Shown here in pieces: positions 1 through 12,800 of a stretch of 62,000 bases of DNA. This DNA is from Acanthaster planci (taxonomy: Eukaryota). Location of the stretch: the NCBI RefSeq assembly GCF_001949145.1, contig NW_019091402.1, forward strand, positions 2,108,001 through 2,170,000, in the 5' to 3' direction. Position 1 is the first letter of the stretch. The number at the start of each line of letters is the position of its first letter. The position numbers and the translations under genes were made by a program. Below the pieces are notes generated by a model. The model was not told the origin of the DNA and did no database searches. It worked only from the letters and a program-made list of their open reading frames with translations.

Positions 1-97
1 CCTTTCACAAGCTGATTGCCTCCAAGTGGAGCAAACATCTGCCCCTTCCCTCTGAGCTATACCCTGCCCCCTTTTTCTCTCTCTCTTTTCTCCATAG

Positions 98-558
98 GCC
101 AAGACTTTGTACCGGCAAGCACTTGAAGCGGTCCCACTCGCAGCGAACCTCTGGAAAGATGTAATAATTTTCTGATCATTTTTCTTCGCTTTAGCAATCA
201 AAATCTGCATATACGCAGTGAAAAGTGCGCAGGAATTGTCAGATTAACTGAGTACACTCAGGTACATTTTTGTTGAAAATTTCAATATTTTTCCAAGTCA
301 CAATTTGGGCAGAAGGGTGCTTTTTGACAAACTGACCTTTTGCCCATCATTTGCCAAACTTTGAACTACGCACACTTTGTGGCATTTTTTTGCCAAAACG
401 TTTGTCAAATTTTTCCATTTATCTGATTGATACCTCCACAGTTCTTCCTGCTGGAAGTTGTGCATGACAGAAATCCTGAAGACATCCGGAAGCTTGTTCT
501 GACATGCCGCGAGCTGAAAGTCAATATCGAGGACTACTTGAAAACAATCCTTAAATGA
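98..558 (+). CDS. ZFC3H1: 3' end (last two coding exons) of zinc finger C3H1 domain-containing protein (PAXT exosome adaptor), HAT/TPR-like C-terminus; gene begins before the window
   Basis: Exon 98-160 (tccatag|GCC...GAT|gtaat) gives AKTLYRQALEAVPLAANLWKD; exon 442-558 (ctccacag|TTC...TGA) gives FFLLEVVHDRNPEDIRKLVLTCRELKVNIEDYLKTILK*. The join is phase 0. The peptide resembles the recalled vertebrate ZFC3H1 C-terminus (..LPLCASLWKDQLLFE..LRKLVSKCQEIGVSLNELL..). Confidence 0.8.
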
Positions 559-1436
559 GCGGAAGGCTGTGGCAAAAAAGAGCTGTTTATTCTGGCTGTT
601 GGTTTTACGTGTTTGTTGCCTTTTGATTTGTTGTCCTTTCTTCAAGACAGTCGCCACAAGAGAGTTGCCACTCTCAGAGAGAGAATCAAAAGAAATTTTT
701 TTATCTTGTCTCTGAAAGGCAAGCAATTGATTGGAAATGTCTGTTCAACGTTCTCTGATCTGTCATATGGACTTGGCATTGTCTTTCTGGGTCTCTCTGC
801 AGAGATGTGGGACCTGAAGATGCTTTTCGTTGATTTGCTTTTGTTGGTTTTTTTATGGTCAACTCCCTGTTCAACTCTCCTTTCCTTGGATTAGCAAACA
901 TCAAAAGGAGTGGAATTGCTTTCCTGGATGTGTAAAGACTGGTACCTGGCTGTCATGTTTGCGGCATGTTGGTGTCCTTTATACATATCCATGTAATCGG
1001 GACCAGTTTTAGATTAGTCAGTTGGGTCACCTACAGATCAAAATTTAAAGAAGCTGCTACCCTTCACGTTGAATGTCTTCTCCAGTCAGAGAGATGTATT
1101 TTTGTCATTATGTAATCTGTTGCTTATGGCTTACGCATTTCCTGACAGGCACTGTGCAGTTGGTTAATGTCATCATGAGAGTGCAAAAATCCCAAAACCA
1201 CTTTTGTTGACCTGATTAATTTGAGAGTCTTATTATCCAATTGGTGAAGTTGTGTCTTGTCTATTTGAGGAACTTACGTCAGGTTCGTGGAAAGCAATAG
1301 GTTTTTGTTTGGGTGTCGTAACTAGGCCTGTTTAAAATTCATGGCATTGGAAAGATGTTTGCATTATGCAAACTGCCCCAAATATACCTTAATCCCAGGG
1401 AAGCCATTTTTATATTGTGTTCCCCGAAAAAAATGA

Positions 1437-1678
1437 GGTGGTGCCAGACTACTTTGGGTTCCCATGGGGTGGTGCCAGACTACTTTGGGTTCCATGGGTA
1501 GTGGCAGACTACTTTGGGTTCCCATGGGGTGGTGCCAGACTACTTTGGGTTCCATGGGTGGTGCCAGACTACTTCAGGTTCCCATGGGGTGGTGCCAGAC
1601 TACTTTGGGTTCCATGGGGTGGTGCCAGACTACTTGGGGTCCCCATGGGGTGGTGCCAGACTACTTGGGGTTCCATGG
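1437..1678. repeat. Minisatellite, about 8 copies of a 29-31 bp unit (GGTGCCAGACTACTTTGGGTTCCCATGGGGT)
   Basis: Tandem units are directly visible and account for the repetitive ORFs at 1364-1732. Confidence 0.95.
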
Positions 1679-1869
1679 CCCACTTTTGGTTTTTTTGTTA
1701 AACTGAGCTTAAGACATTTAAAATCTAATTAACCACATATTTTAAATTATTCATCAGCGTAAATGACATTACATTTGTATGGAAGTTTATTGTACTACCA
1801 TTTAACACTGTTTCTTCAGTTACAACATTCTCCATCTTTTCTAGGAGTCAGCAGATCATGGTATTTGGT

Positions 1870-1990
1870 AGGGACGTGTGGCCTAATGTTTGTAACACCT
1901 GAACTCCCATTCATGAGGTCAGGGGTTCAGATCCAGTAATGGGCATATGCTGGGCAACAGTGGTACCCCCTGGAGATGTTTTGTTTTCAA
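1870..1990 (+). mobile_element. Degenerate tRNA-derived SINE head
   Basis: A-box-like GTGGCCTAATG and B-box-like GGTTCAGATCC at tRNA-like spacing; no complete cloverleaf. Confidence 0.45.
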
Positions 1991-4900
1991 TTACCTGTTT
2001 GCCCTCTGAATTGGCAGCGTTGAGCTGTACTTGTTCTAGAGCAAGAATATTTTGGATGTTTGGTTTAGTCTTCCATTATTTTCTTCCAACTGACAAGCTA
2101 AAACAGATTTTCCTAGCTGTGTTCAGAGGTTGCGAGATTGTTAGGGGCTTTTTCAGCTGTGATTGTCAACGGTGAGTCAGCGTTGTTGGACCAGTGGTGC
2201 GACATATTTTGTCATATAAACCACTTTTGTCTCTTGTCAGTCTTCATATGCCAAACCAATTTGTTTACATGGTCCAAGTCCATTTGTGTCAGTTTATCAT
2301 GTCATTAGCTAGGAGTCTTCACTCTGGAGATGCTTTCTTGAAAACTACGTATTGTGGTCCCCTTTTTGCTAAAACGTGTGGCAGATGTGCTGTTTGCAAG
2401 ATGTTGTAGGACTGAAATCCAGTGGAATGGCTGTGGTTTCTCTCTCGGTTTGGGTTTGGCGTCCTGTCGCAGATGAGATTTTTGTTTCAGTTTGATCAGA
2501 ATGGTGGATGAGTTTCAGGTTGTCTTGAATTCAGTGTCGGACCACTAGGAGTGATGTTCAAATTTTGTATGGCTCTGTCACGAAAATGTAGCTTTTTGAG
2601 TATTGGCCGGTCTGTTTTTGATAACAAAATAGGCTATTAACTGCGGATTAATTTTTGTGAAGTTGCCATAATGATAACTGCCAAAACTACGAGGCAAGTT
2701 TCAGATTTGGCAGTTTTGGTGGTTCGTTGTGGAAAGTTGTACAGCCAATCACAGCCAGCGAAAGCTGTGAGGTCATCGCAAACGCCAGAGGAGCCGACAT
2801 CCCTGGAGTTGGAGTCGTCATGCCAGCGAATCATCATGCAAGAAACGATGATGTCATCATCATTGACCTGTGAGGAGACCCATTTATACCCAGACTCAGA
2901 AGTAGCACCCAACTAATGTGGCTGTACAATTAATCAAATGCATATTCAGTTTCTCACAGCCAATCATATGACAAAAGAAGGAGCTCATGCATATGCAGAG
3001 AAGTATTGTGGTCTTCAGTCCTTCACAGAAGCAAGACATCAAAGTTGAATAACAGTTTCACAAATGAAGCAAACGGGACAAATCATTCACAATCATCACA
3101 ACAAAAAGCAGTAAAACTGATAAACTGAATGAGAGAAAGCGGGAGAAGCTTTAGCCACTGTCATGATTCCACCAATCAGCTTCCTTGAAGGTTCACCATG
3201 GCAACCAAGAAACATGAATTGAGTAAGTATACAGTAATACACTGTCATGCATTTTTTGGCTCCCATGTCTTTTTTTCACATTTTGTCCATTGTTTTTTGT
3301 GAGTGATGCCCCTTCAAAAAGTTCAGATTGTACGTTGTTTTGAGTGCTGCATGGGCAGTCCATGTTTTGTCAAAAGTAACCGACTATTCATCTCTGTTGC
3401 ATTTTCCTAGTCAAGAAAAGGACAAAGATGTTAAAAACAAAAAACGTTTCCCAACAAGAATTTGTGGCACTGACGAAACTGGAGCCAAATTTTGCATGGA
3501 TCCCGTTCTTTGAATGTGTGTCTGTGTTTTCATATGGGGTTTATTCTTTTATGGAATATTCCATTTGGGGGGATGGGGGTGTCCAACGTCACTGTGGGGA
3601 GGGGGGAAGACAACTATACATTCAACCTGTTGAAATGGATGTTCTTGCCTGAATCTCTTTTGGGGGTGAATAAAGACTTTACATGGTAGCCATCTTGCAG
3701 GCCAGGGTCTCTTGTTTCATAGGGAAACCTCCTGTGTGCATATCCTGTGTAACAAAAGCACTGGCCTGCAAGACGGAAGCCACGCATACCCTATATTGGC
3801 CAACTTGGCCAACTTCTTCGGTCGAAATATCCTGTGCATTTAGGAATTACTACTTTGTAGACTGAGTTTCCTAAGAGTAGTGACCGTAAATTTTTCTGTT
3901 ACAAATGCCGTAGTTGTGTAAAAGACTCCGAATTGCATCTGAGAATGGAGTTGGTTTACATTTGTACTTTGATTTCGGAGTTGGAATTGACCAGCAGGCA
4001 TGTTGCTGACATTGGCCAGCAAATCCAGACAAGCAACCCTGCCCAACGGCTGTTTGAAACTGCCTAACTCGCAGTCTGTCGATTGCTGTGAATATTCCAA
4101 TGGCATGAATCAAAACTGTGGCCCAGAATGTCTTGTGCTGACTCGGCAGTCAGAGTTCAGCCATTTTGAAAGCACTTTCTCACTCATACTGGTATGCTGC
4201 TGTCATCACCGTTTACTTTTAATAAAAAAAAAAGGCATGTCAGGGTGTAACATAAGGTAATCTGTTCCTCAGCCCAAGTGTACATCCCTCAGTCGTTTTT
4301 TTGCCTAACATCACAGCAAACAATGAAAGTCAAATCATGCCCTACGCACACTGCAGCATCCTTCTGTGTTTCGGTCGCCTGTCTTCAGAGTTGCCGGTAG
4401 CTTCATTCTGGATGCAAGTTGGAACTGTAAAGCTGCAGACGTTTGACTAGCAAGTAAAAATGTGTAAATGATGCACCCATCACACTGGAATCGCACCAAT
4501 TTTGGCTTTGTCCAAACTGCATTTAGTGTTTCCCAAATCCCAAGTTTGTTTACCTGAAAAGCTGAATGACGCAAACTGGGAAGTTGGAGCAATGTAGAGC
4601 TGTGATGGTTTCCAAGATGCCAGATACCGGTTCATGTACCTGCAAAATGGCTGATACCTGATGCCATCTATCCATAATGTAAACTGTATTAACCAAAGCA
4701 GGCAGCCAAACAGTTATTACTTAGAAACATGCATCAAATCAGATTTACGTCAGTTTTAAAGATCACAGTTTCTGCAGTCATTTGATGAGATGGAAAGTGG
4801 TTTAATACCCATCTAAAATAAAACTTGGACATTTGTGAAAGCCCCTGCATCAGGATTGAAATTGACAGCATGTTGGTAAAATGACCAGTGCATAAATTTA

Positions 4901-7900
4901 TGAACCAGTATGCGAGGCACAAAACCTGCACTTCCTTCCGATATTCCAGGTTTGCAGAAATCAAAACCAACCACTGGTATGTTTTCTCCCACATGTGATT
5001 TTAGTGTGATGGGTCACATGTTTAGGTATTTGGAATGGAATCAGCTGTACACTTTAACTATTGAGGATGTTTTAATGCCAAAAATGAAGGGTGTAGCAAG
5101 CAGAGCTAGGCTTAACGAGTTGATGCTGTGTCTCGGACGGGCAGTTCCCAGCAAGTGATTTGAACGAGACCAAGCCAAGGAAGAAGCCACTGGATAAACG
5201 TGAAAGTTTCAACAGCAGAAAGTTGATCTGTACTCCAAAAACTCCACCCAGCTTGGTATAACTTGAGATGTTACGGGAGGCAAGGCGGAAATGTGAAACA
5301 CCAGTCTGATCTGGCACTGAACCATCCTCGTTAGTCTAGTTCCCCGTTCTCTATTCATGGAATGAACACCCCATCTCCGAGAGGCTCCTGATGATCGGTC
5401 ATTACCATGCCTGTGGAACAGTGGTCCCATGAGCCTGCCCGTGAAGTAGAGTGCTGTCTGAGTACAACATGACCACATCCCTGAAGTGACCGAGAGCCGT
5501 CATTTGTAAGCATGATCAGTAAAGATACAAGAAGGTCTCACAGTGAAACCAGAGGCTTCTGTGCTTAGTCAACCAACAAGTTCACAGAACACACTGATGC
5601 TGAAGAAGTCACCCAATCCTACCCACCCAATCTCGATCTTAAAACTCTCCCAGTGTCATTTTAGAACACCCTCCCCCCCCAAAAAAAAACATGTTCCCCA
5701 GTTGTAAAAGTCACCTCTTCACTTTCCAATTTCAACAACATTGGTTACCCCCATGTTATCGTGTCCCTAAACATCGCCGAATACGATTGCGTCACAACAT
5801 CGACCAACGAAGTGACGATTGCAGTTGCTTCGTGACCAAGCAACAGAGCCTCGTTGGGATGAAAAAGAATTATGATGGAGTGGATGCAGTTGGAAAGCTG
5901 AAACTTCACGTTGTCTGACGAGTTGAAGAAACCAACGAGGGTGTGAATTCCTCCACGTATGAAGGCCACTCCCTGACCACGTAATGTTCTTTAGCTACAT
6001 GAGTTTTAAGCACTATACTGTTCTTGTAGTGAACACTCCAAGAAGCTGAATCTTGTAAATACAACCCAAATGCATAAAATTGAAAGTTCCATTTCTCCTC
6101 AATTGTGCACGTCTAAAACAGGCACATGTACACATCCCAGGCCATCAAGGGAACCCCTTTAATGCTGATTTTAAACCAGTCAACTCTGATTGCTTGTCTG
6201 CTCCTTACTCTGTCTTGCAAGCATGCAATGTAAACAAACACGAGAAATGTTTTCGTCAATTCATGGAATGTAATATTTTGATGACAAGCCTTTTCTTATT
6301 AGACTGCATCTTTATGGATTTGCAGTACATTTCAAAATAGACCTGAGTTTGGCTCTGGCTTTGTGCTTGTATTTGGGGAATGTTTTGGGCAGGTGAAAGT
6401 ACATGTAGTTACGTTGTAACTCCCGCTAATTGATCACATTTTTCTTCCCTTTTCCATTAGATTCTCTTGAAAATGGTGCTCTGCCAATTTGGCATTTTGA
6501 TTCATTTGCAAAGTATTTAAAATGTATGCAAGAAAAATTAGTAGTGCCAGCTATTCAGGCTTTTTTTTTTCAGTGAATAAACAAGTGCATTCAAGACTGT
6601 AAGATGTTTATTGAAGCAATATATTGTTAGAATGATGATCTACATGTATTTAACGCTATTTCAACATTAACCTAAATGCTGTTATTCTAATACTTTCATT
6701 GACGTTCTTCTTGATAATTGTTTTCTCTTCGTTTGGCTTTAAATATGAATGGAGGGACTGGATTTCATGCACTTTAATAGACTTTATAGGTAATGTAGAT
6801 ATCTGTAGGTACAGCAACATGTTTTAGAAACCTTTTCTTTGAAATAAGTCTTAACCCTCCAAATTCCTACAAAACCCTCCAATATCCATTAAAAGATTAT
6901 GCAAGATGTTTTCAGGCTGTAGGAAGATATTGCCCCGGCTGTTGTTGCTTTGTGATAAAGCTAAAGTGTACAGAATGTACCACTGAGTTCCAGCAAAATG
7001 GCCCTGGATTTTGGAGGATTCCGAAAAGATCCTTGGAGAAATGCCAAAGATGTCAGGGCTAAGTAATGTTAATGAACGTGTCACTGTTTCAACCTTTTGG
7101 CATTTGATAAAGATACGGACGCCACATGGTTCATGAAAAAGAGAAAGAAAAGAAAAAAACAAAACTATGTAAACATTTGACTAACCTCTCTAGGGATGCT
7201 GAAGGTCATTTGGTTTGAAAGGAGACTTCTGTTATTAATGAAGTTACTCGTTTTTCTGTTTTTTTAAAATTGGAATTCACTCGGCATTGATATTTGTGGA
7301 CTCTAAAATTATAACTGCATTGATAAATATTCCTTAAACTGATGAAAACAAAAGATACCAATTCCAAAGAGTTATTCTAAGGATTTTTAACCAAACCTAG
7401 ATCAGTGATAGTTTTCATCGTAAAGATTATTTCCAATTTGTTTTCACTGCTAGCATCTCCCTTCCTGTAGTTATTCATAGCCTTTTGTAATATCCAAAGC
7501 TGATTTCTATTTATAAGTGCATGTTCAGTATAGCCATTTGTGATAAGTATTTTTAAGATCCTTCAGATGAACTGTCCAAATGTCAAGCGTACAGTGACGT
7601 TTTGTAGTAAGCACATACATGTACATGTACGTTTGTTCATGTGTAGTCGTGGCTGTGTTTGTAGCGTAGGCTTGTCATGGAATACAGTGTCCAATTTATG
7701 CCATTGACTGATCCAAGTTTTTAGCTTTCCACTGTGAACAAAGTGTGCTCCAATCTTAAGCTCCAAGCAGCTTTATGAAAACTATGCTTTATAATATGTA
7801 CAGTGTAGTGCAGCGTGTCTGTTCTTCGTCTCAGTCTCCCAAGCTTGCATTTAGAATTGTACAATTATTTTACATGTTATAGGTGTGTGTTTCGACACAA

Positions 7901-8642
7901 GAAGATGGCAACTTGAGTTGCCATCTGATTTTGTCCGGAAGCGCACTGCATGAACTGTTCATGAATTGCACAAGAGCTAGTACCCCTACGGTCCACTCTA
8001 ATTTAACGGCTTGTTCGGGGAAGTTTGGAGGCAATTTCTAAAAGATGCATGTTGGGGGGGTTTGCTTCTGAAAAGCACGCCCCAATCGCACCTGCACATT
8101 TCACCTCGCATGCATGGCATTTGACATTTTCAGTAACGAGACATCAGGAGCGAGTATATATTCACGTAAGAGCAGCGTTAAAATTCCGCCTCATGAACTC
8201 TTGCCTGTACACAGAATGCCTAGTTTACATGTAAACGCCTGCATATATTATTAGTAATGCGGTGGTTGATTTTTGGAAACCGACAGATATCTCACTCTCT
8301 CCGTCAGGCCTTTTCAGTAATTCTTCCCCTTTTCTGCTTTTATTTCCAGTACCGAAGTAAGAAAATGCTTTCTGTTCATGTATAAATTATACATTATTTT
8401 GTTATCGCACATTTTTTGGTACCATTTGTACAAAATATATATGAGAGAGAAAGTATACATTTGTCATCGTGAATTTATAAAAAGTTTTCCAAAGTGTGTG
8501 TGTCAGGCCAAAGAAATTGATTTCTTTTAATCTAAATTCAAAATAAGTTGTCAGAGTGGCACGGCATGTCAAAAAAATAAAATAATTTTTTTTTCCAATT
8601 TAGCACTTTCATCCCTTTTAGAAAGGGAACCCGGTACATGCA

Positions 8643-8809
8643 CAGTCGAACCTCGTCAGTCAGAGGTCCTTCGGACTTGGTGAATTAAACAGGGACCTTG
8701 TATTATCAGGAATGAAACCAATGAAAAACAAAGAAATGGGAGTTGAAAAATTTCTTCGTTATAAGGCCAATCTTGTATTAACAAGGCTCTTACTAACGAA
8801 GTTCGACTG
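8643..8809. mobile_element. pogo/Tc1-mariner-like MITE
   Basis: TIRs CAGTCGAACCTCGT ... ACGAAGTTCGACTG followed by TA. The internal sequence ACCTTGTATTATCAG is shared with the copy at 18153-18336. Confidence 0.75.
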
Positions 8810-8843
8810 TACATGTAAACATCCTAGACAACTTACATGTTAA

Positions 8844-9023
8844 CCCCTTAACGCCGGGATTCTTTTGACCGTGACTGCTGGGCCGCGGTATGCCCAGTTT
8901 GCAAAGCTCTGTCCAGCAGCAGGCCCCATTGAACCAGCAGCTTCATGGTGGATAGACTGTATGTGTGGTTTGCACTAATCATCACACAAAGCCACGGCTG
9001 TAGATAGCTCCGGTATGAAGGGG
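8844..9023. mobile_element. piggyBac-like MITE
   Basis: TTAA|CCCCTTAACGCCGG ... CCGGTATGAAGGGG|TTAA: TTAA target-site duplication with imperfect TIRs. Confidence 0.75.
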
Positions 9024-9884
9024 TTAAACGTCCATAAAACATAACATGTTATTCCGATATTAAGGCATATGACTGAAAAAAAGAAAGAAGGCTCACACAA
9101 AATTGTGTTTATACAAGAAATTTGTGTTTTGGACAAAATTCAATTAAAATCATACCCTTGTATTCTATTTTGATAAAGATCCCACCGGCATTTCCATACT
9201 GTGCAAGTAGTCAGAGATATCTATCATGCAGTACAGGCAAACTGATCATTTACTGATCTGGGCAAAAGAAGTTCAAAGAATTCCAGATTGAATTTGCTTG
9301 ATTCTGAACAAAAATGGCCTAAATTAACTTTCAACCAGACATGTCAGAAATGGCTGTTGAAGAAAAGTCACTGGAAGTTCAGAGAAGGTGATTCCAAACG
9401 GCACAACAGTAGTCGCGCTATTAAAGCGTCAACAAGCATCAACAGGCACAAGTAGTATCAACAAAGCGTCCACAACTTTAAAATATCCCCTGAAGATTTA
9501 AAAGTGGTTTAAATCACGTTTCTAACAGCTACCACTGTGTGTAGAGAAAAACAGCGAATTTGCTTCGGAAATGCAGCTTTTTCACGTCCATGGGAAAACA
9601 AGATGGCAGCTGGCCGGGCTGCACTAGCAGGCCCGACTTAGTCCCTCGAATTTTGAATAATGTAATACATTAAATATGATATGTAAATGTAAAATATTTC
9701 CATAAATACCGGTATGCTTGAATAACTTGTTGACACTTTGTCGTCGCTTGTTGACGCTAAATAGCATGACCCCACGAGACTTTTACTTAACATTTCTTCA
9801 ATTTGTGATGGCCGACCAAAGAGGGATAACTTCTAATGGTCATTTTTTCCGACACGTTGACAGCGTAGCCTCACAGGAGATCAA

Positions 9885-12800
9885 TTATTTGATCTGGATG
9901 CTCTTGATGACGCCAGCCCTGATGCCCGATATCTCACCACCGTAACGAGTCAACTCTTTCCTCACCTCACGGACCTGAAGAATGAGGAAGAAAACAGATT
10001 GCAAAGTTCTTAAAAAAATGTAGAACCAACGACGAGACAAAGTGTCGGAGCAACTGTAACAAAATCTGTCGCGAGACAATCTGGCTCACCCGACTGATGC
10101 TTGTCTAGGATTTCCTTGACATGAAACAACTAAGATTTCCTCCCCGACCCCCCCAAAAAACCAGCAGACCATCCAGTGTTGTCCCCTGCTAATGCTGAGA
10201 CCACTTCAAAGTCTTTTTTTGGAGGGGCAAATGGGGGTAAGTGGCATGCCCATGGACATAACCTTTGGCCAGTGCATTTATTTGGACTCTAACCCCTGAT
10301 ACTTTGATCGCAAGTCACAGACTTTGATTATGTTGACCACTAAGCCACACTCCTACTGTAACTCAGCACACTGACTAAAAAAGTCCAAAGTTCACAGACA
10401 TCGGAAATATTTTGGAAATGCTCCCCTCTGAACCAGATTTTAATGCTTTTTTCCTGGGTTGAAATTTCAACCAGGTGCCCCCAAAATACTTCAATTTGCT
10501 ACGGATAACTACACTAACAATTCCTCCTTATTGAGTCATTTTCAAAAACCAATTTTGTGAAATCCTTGTGCAGCCCTTTAGACCTTCAGAATTTCCCAGT
10601 AGAGACCTGTTCACCCTACTGACCTCGGACTCCACAAGGCGCCGTATTTCAAAACTACAGACAGCAGTTCGTTTGGAACATACTGGCTGACAAGAACTTT
10701 TATCATCAACTTTGTTGGTACCCTGTACAACACTTTCATCCCAAATGGCAGATTTTCAGAAATTAATCTCCACCCTGCGTCTGAGCAGTTGGAGTACCAC
10801 ACGGATTCTTGGCTCACCTGCCCCTTGCGCCTGACTTTGGCTTTCTTGAACTTCATCCTATGCTTGACCCGTGGGTTCCGCTGCTCTTTCTTGCGGCGGG
10901 GCGTTAGGCCTTTGTTCTTGGAAATCTGCAGAATTTCAACGTGAAATGAACAAAACTGTTTCCAGAGCAGATAAAAATCAATTTACACATCTGCTAAGAA
11001 TCTGTGTTGTGTAGATAGAGCTGGGCTTTCTTCACCTTTTTAACAGTTCAGTTTTAACAGTACCAATGCTCATATGACTTGCAAGCGGATCCTTGTGTGC
11101 GCACCTCGTGAACAGCAAAATGGCAACTGCCACATCATGTTGAATAAGCCAATGAGAGTTCAGCTTTCCATCAAGAATATGTATGAGGTACAGTACTTTC
11201 AACCGCATGTTGAATGGACCAGTGAGAGTTCAGCTCGCCATCATGAATATGTATAACGTATGGTAATACATGTACCATCTACTGGTACTTTCAACCTTGT
11301 CCCCTTGTGTCAGAAGTGTTCCAGTGGCATCTACTTTGAACACCCTACCTCCAGACCCTTCGTGTTAAATATTTTGTACCACCAACAGTACTTTGAACAG
11401 TAACTTTTGCATATGTATATAAGCCAAGAGAACAATAACCCCCGGCAGACTACTCCATCCAAGCACTCCAACAAATTTCTTATTGGATTTTGAAGGGTCA
11501 AGGAGGGTTAGGGTACAAACTGTATCATCTCTGACCTCGTAGGTGATGGCCCTCTTGCCGTCTTCTGCCTCTTCGCCTTCCTCGTCCCCAGCTTCTTCTT
11601 GGCTCTCCATATCCCTGTTTATGTCAAAGTAGGTCACATAAAATGAGTCTGAGGACTCCTTTCTCCATAATTTGGTTTGTCTCAGGAACAGAAAACTGAG
11701 CTCTCTGTTTTGGTGTATCACTGGGTTTGAGATACCGATGACAAATATACTTTGTGCGAGAGAAATTAAAGGGCTTTGAATTCTGCATGATTTTTTATAA
11801 CGTTCTCAACTCAAAAGTAGCTCTTTGATTTGCGACTCATTTGGCGGATCACAAACTCTCAATATTATGGGGATGTTTCCACATACAAAGGTTAACTCAA
11901 AAGTCAACATTTGGATTCTATGGGAATCCCAAAAGAGCTTATTGGCTTATTCCCATCAAGACGGACCACATGGAATCCAAGAACCACTGCACAATGCTCC
12001 AGTAGGACCACAGGAGATCTTACGAGATCATAGGACACCCCATGGAAACCACAGAGTGTCCTACGTAGTTTGCAAAGCATACAAGCAGAACCACAAAGGG
12101 CCCAAGGCAGGCACTTGAAGGGTTTGCTGGGACTATATAGGGCATCACAGCTGACCATACGAGATTCAACAGGCACCGGTACCACAGGGGACCAACTGGG
12201 CCAATATCAGGTACACTGGGTGCCAGACGGGGGACGATACTGTCTAATAAGTCTCTGTGGGAGCCAAGTTTACAATGTGAAAGGGTTCACCAGAATCCAC
12301 AGAGGTATAACGAGGTAGATCCAAGTGTAGCCCAGGATGTCAGAGAGGGATCCTACGGGTTTGAAAGGATCCAATATGATTGACTGTGATGGGTTTTTCA
12401 ATGAGTATCTCCTGATACAAAAGCTGCGTCGAAATTTGTGGGTCTGTTATTCTTTGGAGAAAAAACCCAGATGAAAACAGAATTACAACATAATTAAAAA
12501 CAGGTCTCACTTTGCTTGTCTCTTCCGCTCCAATCTTCTCTCCTGCACCTCTTTGGCAATCTTCTCGTAGTACTCCAGCGCTCTCTGCTCCTCGTCGGGT
12601 GTCATCCCGGTACCGGGTGAACGGTTTGCTGCCGGGTCTTGGGTAGTCTTTTCAGCGGCCTTCGCTCCGCGGCCATTCGAAGAGGATGCTTCATGGCGGC
12701 CTTTCTTCGCCTTGACGCCGGCTTTGATTCTGGTGGTCCGTGTCAACGTTGCATCGTCGTCACTGTCAATGCCATCCTTGTCACTGCTGGCATTCTCGTC

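Noticed and set aside
1364..1732. Repeat array resembling CRISPR, with overlapping repetitive ORFs
   Set aside because: Units are head-to-tail with no unique spacers, there are no cas genes, and the context is eukaryotic; it is a minisatellite.
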